A stretch of 64,000 nucleotides of DNA, taken from positions 960,001-1,024,000 of the forward strand of contig CAVTRY010000011.1 in NCBI GenBank assembly GCA_963737265.1, read 5' to 3'. A model generated the notes under the pieces. The model searched no databases, was not told the origin of the DNA, and worked only from the letters and a program-made list of their open reading frames with translations. Positions 51,368 to 61,788 of the stretch are shown here, piece by piece. This DNA comes from an uncultured delta proteobacterium (GTDB lineage: Bacteria > Myxococcota_A > Polyangia > Fen-1088). Both the position numbers and the translations under genes were made by a program. Within the stretch, counting starts at the first letter, position 1; each line of letters begins with the position of its first letter.

Positions 51368-52720
51368 ATGCGCTCAAAACGATGCCTGCTCGTTGTCGTT
51401 CTGGTTGCCATCGGATGCGGAGGATCGAGCTCCAGCGGTATTGGCGCGGGTGGTGCGGACGGGATGTCCGCCACCGGCGGTAGCTCGAGCCCAGGTAGCG
51501 GCAGCAGCACCGGAGGGGGTGGAAGTGCCACAGGTGGAAGCCTGGGAACGGGCGGCAGCGGCAAGGGCGGAACGACATCAATGGGCGGGAACTCCGGCCG
51601 CGGTGGCGCCAGCGCGCAGGGAGGCACGGGCGCCGGGACGGGCGCAGGGGGCGCGAACCCGACCGACGGCGGAGTCATTGTCGGCGCCGGAAACCCCAAC
51701 GGCTCGTGCAGCACCGGCGTTCCCGCCAGGGGACAACCCGTCGACACCTCCAAACCAACGACCGTCGTTGGAACGGGGACCGCGGCGAGCTGCACCTTTA
51801 GCCAGCTCCAAGCCGCGGCGACCGCGGGCGGAATCATCACTTTCAATTGTGGCAGCGGCGCAGTCACCATTCCAGTAACCGCCACGCTCAACCTCCCAAC
51901 GACCAAGAACACCGTTATCGACGGCGGCAACAAAATCACCCTCGACGGCGGCAACGCCGTCCAGATCATGAGTTTCAACGGTTCGAATTTTCGGGTCAAC
52001 ACGAACGGGCTCACGCTTCAACACATCACGCTCATCAATGGCAAGATGACGCCCACCCAAGCGATTCCCGTCGCTCCGGCGCCTTGTTCACAAGGATGGG
52101 ACGACGGTCAAGGCGGCGCCGTCTTCGTAAACGATGGCAACCTCACCGTGATCGACTCGATCTTCGAGAACAATCACGCTGCTCCGCTTGGTCCCGACAC
52201 CGGCGGCGGCGCCATCTACATCGAGGGCAGCAAGAACGGCGTTCTCATTGTCGGAAGCACGTTCAGCAACAACGCCGCCAGCAACGCCGGCGCGGTCGGA
52301 TGCCTAAATGCGGAGCTGGATGTCTACAACAGCTTGTTCACGAATAACACGGCGATCGGCCACGACAACAACGGCGACGACGCAAGTAAGTGTTCCGTCA
52401 TCAACGCCGGCCAGCACGAAACCGGATCGGGCGGCAACGGAGGCGCGCTCTACAGCGATGGAGCCTCGGTGAACATCACCCTGTGCGGAGACGCCATCCT
52501 CAACAACAGCGCCGGTGTGAACGCCTTCGGCGGCGGTATCTTCTTCACCAGCGACGACTTCGGTGGAACTCTCTCCATCGCCGACACCACGATGACGGGA
52601 AATACGGGCGGCTCCTGGACGCTGGTTTCCGGCGGCACCGTCAAGGACGCCGGCAGCGCGGTCGGCACGAACGCCAAGAGCATCACGCTCACCAACTCGA
52701 CCCTCCAAGGCGTCCCATAA
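51368..52720 (+). CDS. Lipoprotein with Gly-rich linker and right-handed beta-helix (GGAI/FxxN repeats)
   Basis: Lipobox VAIGC; GGAVF, FENN, GGAIY, FSNN, GGALY, GGGIF repeats. Confidence 0.8.
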   Translation: MRSKRCLLVVVLVAIGCGGSSSSGIGAGGADGMSATGGSSSPGSGSSTGGGGSATGGSLGTGGSGKGGTTSMGGNSGRGGASAQGGTGAGTGAGGANPTDGGVIVGAGNPNGSCSTGVPARGQPVDTSKPTTVVGTGTAASCTFSQLQAAATAGGIITFNCGSGAVTIPVTATLNLPTTKNTVIDGGNKITLDGGNAVQIMSFNGSNFRVNTNGLTLQHITLINGKMTPTQAIPVAPAPCSQGWDDGQGGAVFVNDGNLTVIDSIFENNHAAPLGPDTGGGAIYIEGSKNGVLIVGSTFSNNAASNAGAVGCLNAELDVYNSLFTNNTAIGHDNNGDDASKCSVINAGQHETGSGGNGGALYSDGASVNITLCGDAILNNSAGVNAFGGGIFFTSDDFGGTLSIADTTMTGNTGGSWTLVSGGTVKDAGSAVGTNAKSITLTNSTLQGVP

Positions 52721-54551
52721 TGCAGGAGCTCGCCCTGTAGCTGCGCGAAGACGCGCCAGCCTGTATGCGTCACGTCATTTTCACCAGACCTCTGCTTTTA
52801 ACGCACCTTCCACGGTGGTGAACATACCCGTTGCCCGTCAGTTCTCGCAAAAGAACGACGCCCCCATGAGACCTTTCCATGAGACCTTTCGTCCTGTCTT
52901 CAATTTTCCTTCTGACCCTCACTTGCCTTTCCCAGGCCCAGGCTGCGGATAACGTCAGGGCGAGCGGAGGTGGTGCATTCCGAATCGGTGCAGCAGGAGG
53001 GAACGGTTCGGTTACCTGGACTGAGAAGTGAGGGCGACGCTGGTCTGTGTTCGCCACCGACGAGGACATTGCCGTATTGCACAGGTAGCGAGTCTAGGCA
53101 CGAGTGCTAGTGGGATCGTTAGTCTCCAAGCTCATTGACCGTTTACGGTCGGTGGTCGGCACGCCAGAACGCCGAGGCGCGATGCTCGCGGTCGTGTTCA
53201 GCGTTTTCGCGGGACTGATTCTCGGCTGGTTGGGGACGTCGCCTTGGCTGTCGATGGGCATCAACTGGGATGCCGCTGGCTATTCGACCGACATCGGTCG
53301 CGGGGCGGCGTGGGCTGGATACCCTTGGAACTCACACTTTGGCGCGGGGCAGGTCTACTGGATCGCCATGCACGTTGCCCGTGGCCTGGGGGCCACCATG
53401 CTCGATGGTGTGCGAGCGTTGAATGCCGTGGCGTTGGCCGGCTCGGCGGCAATGCTCACTCTCTGTGGTCTGCGGTGGAAGCTCAGTCCCGTTCTTGCGG
53501 CCCTCATTGCTGGAATCTACCTGTGCAGCTGGGGAACGTTGCTCTTGGTGTTCACTTGGGAGGACAACGTTCTGGTCCATCCTGGCGCGCTGGCGGCGTT
53601 GACGGTGTGTATTTTCCGCGTCGGAGATTGGCGCGCTCGCGACAGCATACTGGCGGGCGTTTGCGCCGGAATGGCCAGTCTGATGTCGTGGCAGGGCGCA
53701 TCCTTTGCCCTCCCCGCAATGTACGCTGCGGCCGTCCTTGCTGGACCTGACCGCAGCTGGTTTAGCCGACTGCGCGACAGTGCCCTCGTTCCCCTAGGGT
53801 TGGTTGCGATGCGCGTGGTTTGGGTTTTGAGCTATTGGATCACAGACACCCAGCTTTCATTGCCGAGACTGCTCCGAACCGCCTTTGAACGCCCGTCGCC
53901 AAACTACCTTCCGGAGCACCTGCCAGGCTGGTGGGCGCTATTGGGAAGATGGCGCGAGATACTGGACCACGTGGGCGTTGGAGTTACCCACGAAGGTGGT
54001 CCTAGCTTGCGTGACGCGGCGGCGGTTGTGCCTTACTTGCGCCACCTTGGAGTCTTGCTTTTGGCAATCGCCTTCCTCTCTTGGATTTCAACCAACCTCC
54101 TTTTTCGCGCCAAATTCAGCCGAAGAACACAATTTGTAACCAGTGCCTTTCTTGCCCTGACCATTACGAGTGCGATCTACCTGGATCTCCCCGTCGATAA
54201 GTACAAAAGATATGACTACATGCCCATGTGTCTCAGCTTGGGCGTCGCGGCAGTAGCGGCACACATTGCTACTCGCAAGACTTTCTTGCACAGAACGAAT
54301 CGGATCTTGGGTTTTGTGCTCTTGCTGTTCCTCGGCGGACAGACTCTGATAGCGTACCACTGGAACCGAGAGTGGTACGCCAAGCTGCCGACATCGACCC
54401 CGACGAACTATCTAGGACACGGGAAACAGACCTGGTTTGCGTACGTGCGATCCTTGCGCCAGACACACCCAGCTGCCTGCTCCTTTGTATTGGCGTTCGA
54501 CGAGGTTAAGAACGGGCGCTACCAGTTGGAGATCCCGGCTGCTCTATTTTC

Positions 54552-56042
54552 GGTTCATCGCGCGTTCGGGTGATTGCGAAGGCAACGGCGTAGCCGCCGC
54601 TCCGGGGGCCGGCAAGGCGCTTCGCGCCTCCTCCGCTTCGCTCCGGCCCTACGGGTGACGGCCTCCTCGCTGGCGGCTCAGGTGCTGCTATGCGACGACG
54701 AGGATCTCGTCGCCGCGCGCGACGGTGCGCGAAATGAAAAGTGGACGTCCGTCGGTGATCCTTCGGGTTTATGCAAATCACGAGGAACTCCCAACGAACG
54801 TCCGTCCCTGGTATTTTGGCATTGCAGCTGGCCATTGCAAACGGCTGGCGTGTCAGTTTCGACAGCTACAGCGGTACCGATGGCTCCTGGCATGTACACC
54901 TGTATCCGACCAGGCAGTCGGCTGTGTGCTCCGGCTGTGGAGAGACCAAGCGCTGCGCGCTGGATATCAAGAATTGCGCCCGGGCCTGGCGTCATCTCGA
55001 CGGTTGGGGCATCCGCACGGTCGTCATCGCGCCTCTGCGGCGCGTGCGCTGTCGCCGCTGTGGGATCCGGGTCGAACAGGTCCCGTGGGCGCGCACCGGC
55101 TCGCGCATGACTCACATGTTCGAGGCGGAGGTCCTGCGGCGTGCCCGCACGACTTCCATTGCCGGCGTGTGCCGCCAACTCGGGCTGCACTGGACTACCG
55201 TCATGCGCCTCATCACCCACTGGGTCGAGGATGCGGTCGAGCGCCGCTTCCATCGCAAGCTTCGCATCATCGGCGTCGACGAGGTCAGCTACGGCCGAGG
55301 CCAGAACAAGTATCTGACCATCGTCTGGGACCACGAGGCCGGACACGTGGTTTGGATCGGCGAGGGCAAGCAGGAGGAAACACTCAAGCAGTTTTTCGTG
55401 AAGCTGGGACCGCGCCGGTCGCATCGGCTGGTGGCAGTCACGCTGGACATGGCCCAAGGCTACATCAACGCCATCTGCGAACATGCCCCACAGGCTGACC
55501 TCGTCTTCGACCGATTCCACATCGAGCACCACCTCACCGACGCCGTCGACCAGGTCCGCAAGGCGGAATTTTGGCGCAAGGGTGGCCTGTATCGCGAGGC
55601 CATCCGAGGCAAGAAGTTCCTCCTGCTCAAGAAGCGTCGTCGTCTTCACTGGCGTCGCCGTCGCGAGCTTGACGAGCTATTCCGCCTCAACCGACGTCTC
55701 CAGGTAGCGTACCTGCTCAAGGAGCAGTTCGACGTCGTATGGGGCTATCACACTGAGGTCGGTATGGCTGCAGCACTCGACCACTGGCGTCGCCTATTAC
55801 GCTGGCAACGACTTGGCTCGTTGAAGCGATTCTGGAACATGATTAAGCGCCATTGGTCGGGCGTTATTGCCTGGGCCAAGCACGGTCTTTCCAACGCAGC
55901 CCTCGAAGGCAACAATTCACGTGTTCGCGGCATCAGCCAGCGTGGCCACGGCTACCGCAACCCCGACAACCTCATGCAGATCCTGTATTTCTCATGCTGC
56001 CACTGACCCTCGACGGAAGCTCACCCGAAAGCGTGATGGGCG
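54552..56042 (+). mobile_element. ISL3-family IS, copy 2 (1491 bp)
   Basis: 8-bp TSD CTATTTTC; ends GGTTCATCGCGCGTTCGGGTGA / TCACCCGAAAGCGTGATGGGCG. Confidence 0.95.
54771..56006 (+). CDS. ISL3 family transposase (intact)
   Basis: Zn finger CSGC...CRRC, IGVDE, TLDM, FDRFH, SNAALEGNNSRVR...GYRN. Confidence 0.95.
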   Translation: MQITRNSQRTSVPGILALQLAIANGWRVSFDSYSGTDGSWHVHLYPTRQSAVCSGCGETKRCALDIKNCARAWRHLDGWGIRTVVIAPLRRVRCRRCGIRVEQVPWARTGSRMTHMFEAEVLRRARTTSIAGVCRQLGLHWTTVMRLITHWVEDAVERRFHRKLRIIGVDEVSYGRGQNKYLTIVWDHEAGHVVWIGEGKQEETLKQFFVKLGPRRSHRLVAVTLDMAQGYINAICEHAPQADLVFDRFHIEHHLTDAVDQVRKAEFWRKGGLYREAIRGKKFLLLKKRRRLHWRRRRELDELFRLNRRLQVAYLLKEQFDVVWGYHTEVGMAAALDHWRRLLRWQRLGSLKRFWNMIKRHWSGVIAWAKHGLSNAALEGNNSRVRGISQRGHGYRNPDNLMQILYFSCCH

Positions 56043-56396
56043 CTATTTTCTGAGGTGCCGCGTCCTGTGATTGTCGGAGCGCCGCCGTCGGCAGCACAGT
56101 GGCCACGCCCACTGCCGCTCGGCAATGGGATAGCCACGCAGTCATCCTTACGGGCCTGCACTTGGGTTTCGCCTGCCGCGCAAGAGTTCCTGGCGCGAAG
56201 GGGCCCGGGATGACTCTGTGCCAGACCGGCTTCGAAACGCGCATCGCGCACCCCTGCCCACCTGAGCGCCATTCGTCGATTCGTTTGCGCGGGATATTCC
56301 GGGGCTTGACCCGGAAGGTTCGACCATCGCTGGCGTGGAGGACGAGTCCTTCGGCACCGGTAGGGTCGACAACGGAGCCTACTTAGGCATCGCCCG

Positions 56397-58292
56397 CTAC
56401 ACGCCGGTGCGGCTGTTGCCCACGTGGCCGGTGGAGACGCACTTGAAGACGTAGCGGCTCTGGCCGATCTCGATGGTGTCGCCGTCGCCCAGGGGTTGAC
56501 GGCTGTTCACGGCGGCGGTCTCGACCTTGACCGTGCCTTGCAGGGGCTCGATGTAAAAGGCGCCGCGACGTTCGCTGATGGCGGCGTGTTGGTCGGCGAT
56601 CTGGGTGTCGGCTTCGAGGCGAATCTCGCATGCGGCGCCGCATCCGAGCACGGCACGACCGGCCGGCAGGCGGAGTGTTTCTCCCCGCTTGCCCTGCCCT
56701 GCCGCGCGCACCAGCCAGCCGAGCGCAAGGGAATGCGTGCTGCGGCTCTCGCTGCGGAGCGCGGCCTGAATCTCCAGGGCAACCCCGCGGGCACGCGGCG
56801 AGGCGAGAACGGGATGGCGAGCGCCCGAGGCGCGCAGGGCGCGGGCAAGCTCGTCGAGGCCAAGGCGCGCGAAGGCACTCCACTGGTCCTCGGGCACGCG
56901 CGCGGCGATGCTGCTCGCGACTTGATCGGCCGGCGTTTGGCTGGAAATGGATTGCGACAAGACCTCGGCCAGATCGCCGCCCAGCAGCGTGTCGTCGTTG
57001 GACTTGTGCGAAAGCAGGGCCTGCAGCTCCTCGAAGCGGCGCCGCCCCGCCTTGGTCTTGAAGACAGGGTAGCGCTCGTCGGAAAAGACCGAGGCGTCGA
57101 GCTCGGCCAGACTTGGCACGTCCCGGGGAAAGCTGCGCGTGAGCTCGACCAGCGCCCGCTGCGCCGAAAGACCGCGCTGGATGAGGGCGTGCGCGGCGGT
57201 CACGACCGGCTGTCCGTCTTCGTCGTCGACGCGATCGTCGCGGCGGGAGCGCAGGCGCAAAATGAGCACCACGACGATGACAACCAGCAGCACGGCAACC
57301 AAGATCCCGGCGCCGATCACCAGCCACGGCAGGCCCGCCGCCACGGTGACTTTGCCGACCTCGATGGCCCGCCGCTTTCCGTCCGTCGTCAGGTAGAGCC
57401 GCACCTTGTGCGTGCCGCCGAAGTTGCGCCAGGCCCACGGCAGCTCCAGGTGCACCCGGCGCATGTCGGCGATGGACTGTCCCAGCGATTCCAGCGTGGA
57501 CTGGACTTCGATCGGCTGGTCGGCGGCACGGCGGAAGGCTCCCGAGCCAGCCAGGTTGGTGAGATTCCTCGCGCTCTGTTCGGCGTCGGCTTCCGGGGGC
57601 GGAACCGACACCAGCAGCAGCTTGACGCCCGTCTTGTCGATCTCGTCGGCCAGCGCCCCGAAGTCGGCCGAGCCCTCGCCCGATGGATCGGTGAAGTCGC
57701 GTCCATCCGTGACCGCGAGCAGCACCTTGAATGGGCTCTCGTCGCTGAGCAGGGTGCGAAGGTCGACGCGCAGGGCGTCCGCGAAATTCGGCCGATCGCC
57801 CGGGATGTAGCCGAGGTCGTGAAGTTGCCCGCCGATCTCGGAGGCCTTCAACTTGGGAATAGGCTGACGTTTGCGCCCGTAGAGCGTGGCGTAGACATTG
57901 GTGCGGGCGGGAATGCGCCGAAAGAAGCCACCGACGCCTTCCAGGATGGCGTCGGATGTTCCCGCGGGAACGTCCTTGACCCAGAGGTAGACCAGGCCCA
58001 CCGAAAGCGGCGACTTCCAGGTCTGGCTCGCCTCGGCGGCGGTTTGCGCGAACTCGGAGAAGACCTCGACCGACTTGGGCGGCGGCGCGTGCTCGCCGTC
58101 GATCTCGACCTCGATGGCGGACGGCTTCAGCGTGGTCCCGTCCTCGGCGATGCCGCCGACGAGAAGAATCATCTCGCCCGAATCGCGGTCGACCACCGGC
58201 GGCGATGCGATGAACAGCGGCGCGGCCTGGGCGGCGCGGCCGAACGCCAAGGACAGCACAAGCAGCGCGGATGCGACGTGGTTGGACTTCAC
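56397..58292 (-). CDS. Membrane protein: exported vWA-like domain, TM helix, cytoplasmic helical region, C-terminal FHA-like domain
   Basis: GTG start overlapping the upstream stop; signal peptide; VLLAVTDG; TM LPWLVIGAGILVAVLLVVIVVVLIL; GWLV...IADQHA...LGDGDTIEIG. Confidence 0.65.
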   Translation of the reverse strand: MKSNHVASALLVLSLAFGRAAQAAPLFIASPPVVDRDSGEMILLVGGIAEDGTTLKPSAIEVEIDGEHAPPPKSVEVFSEFAQTAAEASQTWKSPLSVGLVYLWVKDVPAGTSDAILEGVGGFFRRIPARTNVYATLYGRKRQPIPKLKASEIGGQLHDLGYIPGDRPNFADALRVDLRTLLSDESPFKVLLAVTDGRDFTDPSGEGSADFGALADEIDKTGVKLLLVSVPPPEADAEQSARNLTNLAGSGAFRRAADQPIEVQSTLESLGQSIADMRRVHLELPWAWRNFGGTHKVRLYLTTDGKRRAIEVGKVTVAAGLPWLVIGAGILVAVLLVVIVVVLILRLRSRRDDRVDDEDGQPVVTAAHALIQRGLSAQRALVELTRSFPRDVPSLAELDASVFSDERYPVFKTKAGRRRFEELQALLSHKSNDDTLLGGDLAEVLSQSISSQTPADQVASSIAARVPEDQWSAFARLGLDELARALRASGARHPVLASPRARGVALEIQAALRSESRSTHSLALGWLVRAAGQGKRGETLRLPAGRAVLGCGAACEIRLEADTQIADQHAAISERRGAFYIEPLQGTVKVETAAVNSRQPLGDGDTIEIGQSRYVFKCVSTGHVGNSRTGV

Positions 58293-59059
58293 GTGCCGCC
58301 CGTCCCGCTGGGAGACAGCCACAGCGATTTGAAAACCAGCTCGGTTCGGCCCACCCGCACGATGTCGCCTTCGCTCAGCTCGACCACTTCGCCCGGGGTC
58401 AGCTTGTGCGAATTGACGAAGGTCCCGTTGGCGGAGGGTCCGGGCACCTCGCGGTCGCGAATGGTGAAGGCTTCGTCCTGACGATCGCGGCGCGGGCGAT
58501 GGACGACGGCGTGGCCTATCGACACGTACATGTCGTTGAAATCGACCCACGTCTCCATGGATGTCGTTTCCTGCGCGCCCCGCGACAGAATCGTCGCCGG
58601 CGTGGTCAGTTCCACCAGCGCGCCGGTGCGCTGGCCGTCCAGCGACGAGAGCACCACGAACCAGCCCAGGCTGATCCCTGGCGTGGGCACCAGGCCCGTC
58701 GAGTCGACCGCAGACATGAATACGGTCTTGGGCGACGCCATGCGTGGCCGGCAATTGCCGCAGGTCGAGCCCCAGGCCGACAGCATGGGCTGGCCGCAGT
58801 TGGGACAGGGCTGTTCTTCCGTTCGCGCCGACGCCGAGATCGGCCCGGACAGATCGGTCGACGAACCTTCCTTGACATCGTTCGCCCAAGATCCGGGCGG
58901 GGTCATTTTCCGCCGCGGCACGGGGCTGCGCCGGCGCTTGTTCGGCGCGGAAGAGATCCCCCTTGATGGAGATCCCGCGCCGCCAAAAATTTGTTTAAGT
59001 TTGTCGAACACGGAAGGCTCGCCGCTGGGGATGATAGGTTTGCTGCGGACGATGGTCAA
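58289..59059 (-). CDS. Zn-ribbon + FHA domain protein
   Basis: CPNC...CGNC; LGWFVV, VSIGHA, SANGTFVN, LSEGDIVRVG. Confidence 0.8.
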   Translation of the reverse strand: MTIVRSKPIIPSGEPSVFDKLKQIFGGAGSPSRGISSAPNKRRRSPVPRRKMTPPGSWANDVKEGSSTDLSGPISASARTEEQPCPNCGQPMLSAWGSTCGNCRPRMASPKTVFMSAVDSTGLVPTPGISLGWFVVLSSLDGQRTGALVELTTPATILSRGAQETTSMETWVDFNDMYVSIGHAVVHRPRRDRQDEAFTIRDREVPGPSANGTFVNSHKLTPGEVVELSEGDIVRVGRTELVFKSLWLSPSGTGGT

Positions 59060-59117
59060 CGACGGTCAAACGCCTAGCGCAAAGATTTCAAGAACCTGAA
59101 GTATCATCTGGCGGCGC

Positions 59118-61106
59118 ATGGGCAGCTTCATTCCCCACATCCTGGTTGTACTTCTCGCCGCCGCGCAGCCCGGCGAAAGCGCGCAAGCCGGCCGCGGCAC
59201 AGCGATCATCGTCGCTGGCCAGCCCTTCGACGTGGGGCGGACCGTGGTGCTTTGGAGCGACGAGCAAGGCTTCAATGCCTACCAAAAGCGCTGCATCGAC
59301 CAGACCGGCGGGTGCTGCGACGTGGACTACGAGCGCTTCGGCACGCGCAAGGGCTTGACCACCCGAAGCGTCGAAAACTTGCAAGCCATCGTCTCGCAGT
59401 TCGTGCTGCACTTCGACGGCTGCGTCAATTCACGCTCGTGTTTCAAGTCGATGCACAACCGCACCCGGCCGGGCGGCGGCTGCGGCCTGTCCGCGCACTT
59501 CATGATCGACGCCGACGGCACGATCTACCAAACCCTGGACCTGGCCGAACGCGCCTACCACGCCGAGCAGGAAAACTCGATTTCGGTCGGCGTCGAGATC
59601 TGCAACCGCGGCCGCTACAACCCGGCCGAGATGAACAAGCTTCCCGCCGAGTACCGCACGCGCCCCCGGCGCGACGTGGTGATCAACGGCTTCAAGTACA
59701 ACGCCTACGATTTTCGCCCCGAGCAGTACGAATCCATCATCGCCCTGACCCGCACGCTTCTGCGCATTTTTCCCAAAATCAAGCCGGAGATTCCCGAGCG
59801 CAACGGCGAAGTCATCCTGGACACGCTGGCAGATCCGCTGTCGTTTCACGGCATCGTGGGGCACCTGCACGTCGATCTCGACAAGCAAAAGTGGGATCCC
59901 GGCGCGCTCGACTGGAAACGCCTGATGCGCGCCCTGCAAGGCTTCGTCTTCCCCATCCAGATCCGCGCGTTTACCGAAGTTCCGCGCACGCGTGACGAGC
60001 TGCTGAGTGCGCGCAAGGCGGCCTTTTTCAGCGCCGAGGAGCGCGCGACGGGCTTCTTCCCGCTGGCCGCGGGCCGGCTTTGGCACTCGGGCGTTCACCT
60101 GCGCGGGCGCGCGGGCGCACCCGTGGTCGCGCCCACGCGCGGGCGACTGGTGGCTGCGCGGCGAGGCGAACGCAACGGCTCGTCGACCTCGTTCGTTCTT
60201 CTCCGCCACGAGGTCGAAGTGGAAGGTCAGGTCATCGTCTTCTTTTCGCTCTTGGCGCATCTGTCCTTACCTGACGTCGGCGCGGACAATCCCGTGCCGT
60301 GGATGCAGGCACTCATGCAGCCGGAGAAAGCAGCAGCGCGAGCTGCCCTCGCATCGGGCGCCGTGACCCTGCTCGACGAGCGCGTCGAAACCGGCGACTT
60401 GGTCGGCTACCTCGGCCGCGTGAATCGCGGTCCCGAACAAGGTCCCGAGCTCCACTTCGAAATCTTCACCGCCGACAAGCTGCCCGGCGAGGTGGAAAAG
60501 GGTTTCCGCTACCTTAACGCCACCGCCGACGGACCCATCGCCAGGCGCGCGCCGCTCGTGAATATGCTGGACAAGAATGGCGACGGCCAGGTCGATGCCA
60601 GCGAGCTGCGCGCCCTCTTTCACGGCGGCGACCTCGGCAAGCGCCAGGCCCTGCGCCGGGCCGTCATCCGCCACCGCCACGAGTGGGGCGACAAGACGAC
60701 CCTGGCAGAATTCGTGGGTCTGCGCGAGCTGTCCGGCATCCCCGAGGTCGACCGCCGCCGCCTCTATGGTATCGCCATCGCGCCCTATCTGTTCTGGAAC
60801 GACGCCCTTTCCGACCACGCAGGATTGCCAAAAAACCAGATCGTCTACTCGTACAACCCCATTACCTTTCTTCTCACCCTCGCGGCCCGCGCCACCCACA
60901 TCGACATCCCGTGGCCGCGCGACACCCTCCCCGACGCAACCATGGAGCCGCGGCGCCTTTCCCTCGTGCCGCTTCTCGACTGGACCAAGCCCGCCACGTC
61001 CTTCGCCGACGAGCTCAAGCTCCCGCCGCTCATCGGAACCGACCTCAAACCCAAGCGGCGCGACCAGATTCCGCTCATCGAGCTGCCGCCAACGGATCAA
61101 AGATAG
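59118..61106 (+). CDS. N-acetylmuramoyl-L-alanine amidase (Amidase_2) fused to M23-like and EF-hand regions
   Basis: VLHFD, SAHFMIDADGTIYQ, AYHA, SVGVEI, IVGH...KWDPG; WHSGVHL and LHFEI; DKNGDGQVDASEL. Confidence 0.8.
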   Translation: MGSFIPHILVVLLAAAQPGESAQAGRGTAIIVAGQPFDVGRTVVLWSDEQGFNAYQKRCIDQTGGCCDVDYERFGTRKGLTTRSVENLQAIVSQFVLHFDGCVNSRSCFKSMHNRTRPGGGCGLSAHFMIDADGTIYQTLDLAERAYHAEQENSISVGVEICNRGRYNPAEMNKLPAEYRTRPRRDVVINGFKYNAYDFRPEQYESIIALTRTLLRIFPKIKPEIPERNGEVILDTLADPLSFHGIVGHLHVDLDKQKWDPGALDWKRLMRALQGFVFPIQIRAFTEVPRTRDELLSARKAAFFSAEERATGFFPLAAGRLWHSGVHLRGRAGAPVVAPTRGRLVAARRGERNGSSTSFVLLRHEVEVEGQVIVFFSLLAHLSLPDVGADNPVPWMQALMQPEKAAARAALASGAVTLLDERVETGDLVGYLGRVNRGPEQGPELHFEIFTADKLPGEVEKGFRYLNATADGPIARRAPLVNMLDKNGDGQVDASELRALFHGGDLGKRQALRRAVIRHRHEWGDKTTLAEFVGLRELSGIPEVDRRRLYGIAIAPYLFWNDALSDHAGLPKNQIVYSYNPITFLLTLAARATHIDIPWPRDTLPDATMEPRRLSLVPLLDWTKPATSFADELKLPPLIGTDLKPKRRDQIPLIELPPTDQR

Positions 61107-61119
61107 GAACAAGGCCCGA

Positions 61120-61372
61120 AAGTACTTCAAAGCGCTCCAGCACGAGTTCAGGAACCCCCTGGTACACGTCGACATCGACAAGCAAGCTGGCGTTCCGTTG
61201 ACCGTCGTGAATCGCGCGATCGAACTCGACAGCCAGGCCAACGATGAGGCCAAACGGAACCGAGACGGTGACCTGAAATACGACGACGTCTGGTGCGTGG
61301 TCGACGTTGATGAGCATCCGCACTTGGCCGAGGCCTTGGAACTTGCTCGGAAGTCGGGTGTGACGGTGGCCT
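61120..61372 (+). pseudogene. RloB-like protein internal fragment
   Basis: KYFKAL...AGVPLTVV..A...YDDVWCVVDVDEH...ALELA...VTVA; no start codon and lacks the following SNPCFE-type motif. Confidence 0.65.
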
Positions 61373-61776
61373 TGTACCCCTCGTCGCCGTAGGGCTCGAT
61401 GCGGTCCACCTTCGCGTAGTACGTGATCGCGGAGATCGGGTTCGACTGGTAGGCGGCGATGTACTTGATCTTGGTCAGCATGCCGCCGCCGATGCGGATG
61501 GCGTACCAACATTGCTCGCCGACAAAGACCTCGTCGAAGCCAGGTTGCTGGGCCGGCACGACAACGGTGTCCCGGGTGTCTTCGTGGCGTTCGATGGTGC
61601 CCGGTGTTGTCGATTGTCCCGGGCTGGCCACGGCCACTGGCTTCGGAAGCGCTATGTTGGGTCCGCCCAGGGCTTACAAACGCAATGCCAATGCCCTTCC
61701 AGTTCATCAAAGTGACGATCTTGGCGCCCTCGGGATCGCCGTTGGGAACGAAGCTGCGGATGGTGTTTCCGCACAA
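61373..61776 (-). pseudogene. Fused remnants of GIY-YIG/DUF4357-like and related defence-island genes
   Basis: TIRSFVPNGDPEG....MNWKG in one frame; DTVVVPA..GF.EVF...WYAIRI...IKYIAAYQ..PISAIT in another. Confidence 0.45.
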
Positions 61777-61788
61777 ACTATTGAGCCT

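Larger units (their letters stand above)
53104..56213 (+). pseudogene. Polytopic membrane protein (possibly GT-C glycosyltransferase-like) interrupted near its 3' end by ISL3
   Basis: Many TM helices, early NWDAAGY loop; frame resumes after the IS as SEVPRPVIVG...ARRGPG-stop at 56213. Confidence 0.6.

Noticed and set aside
47337-56042. Composite transposon bounded by inverted ISL3 copies
   Set aside because: Each IS has its own matching 8-bp TSD and interrupts a different gene, so they are independent insertions
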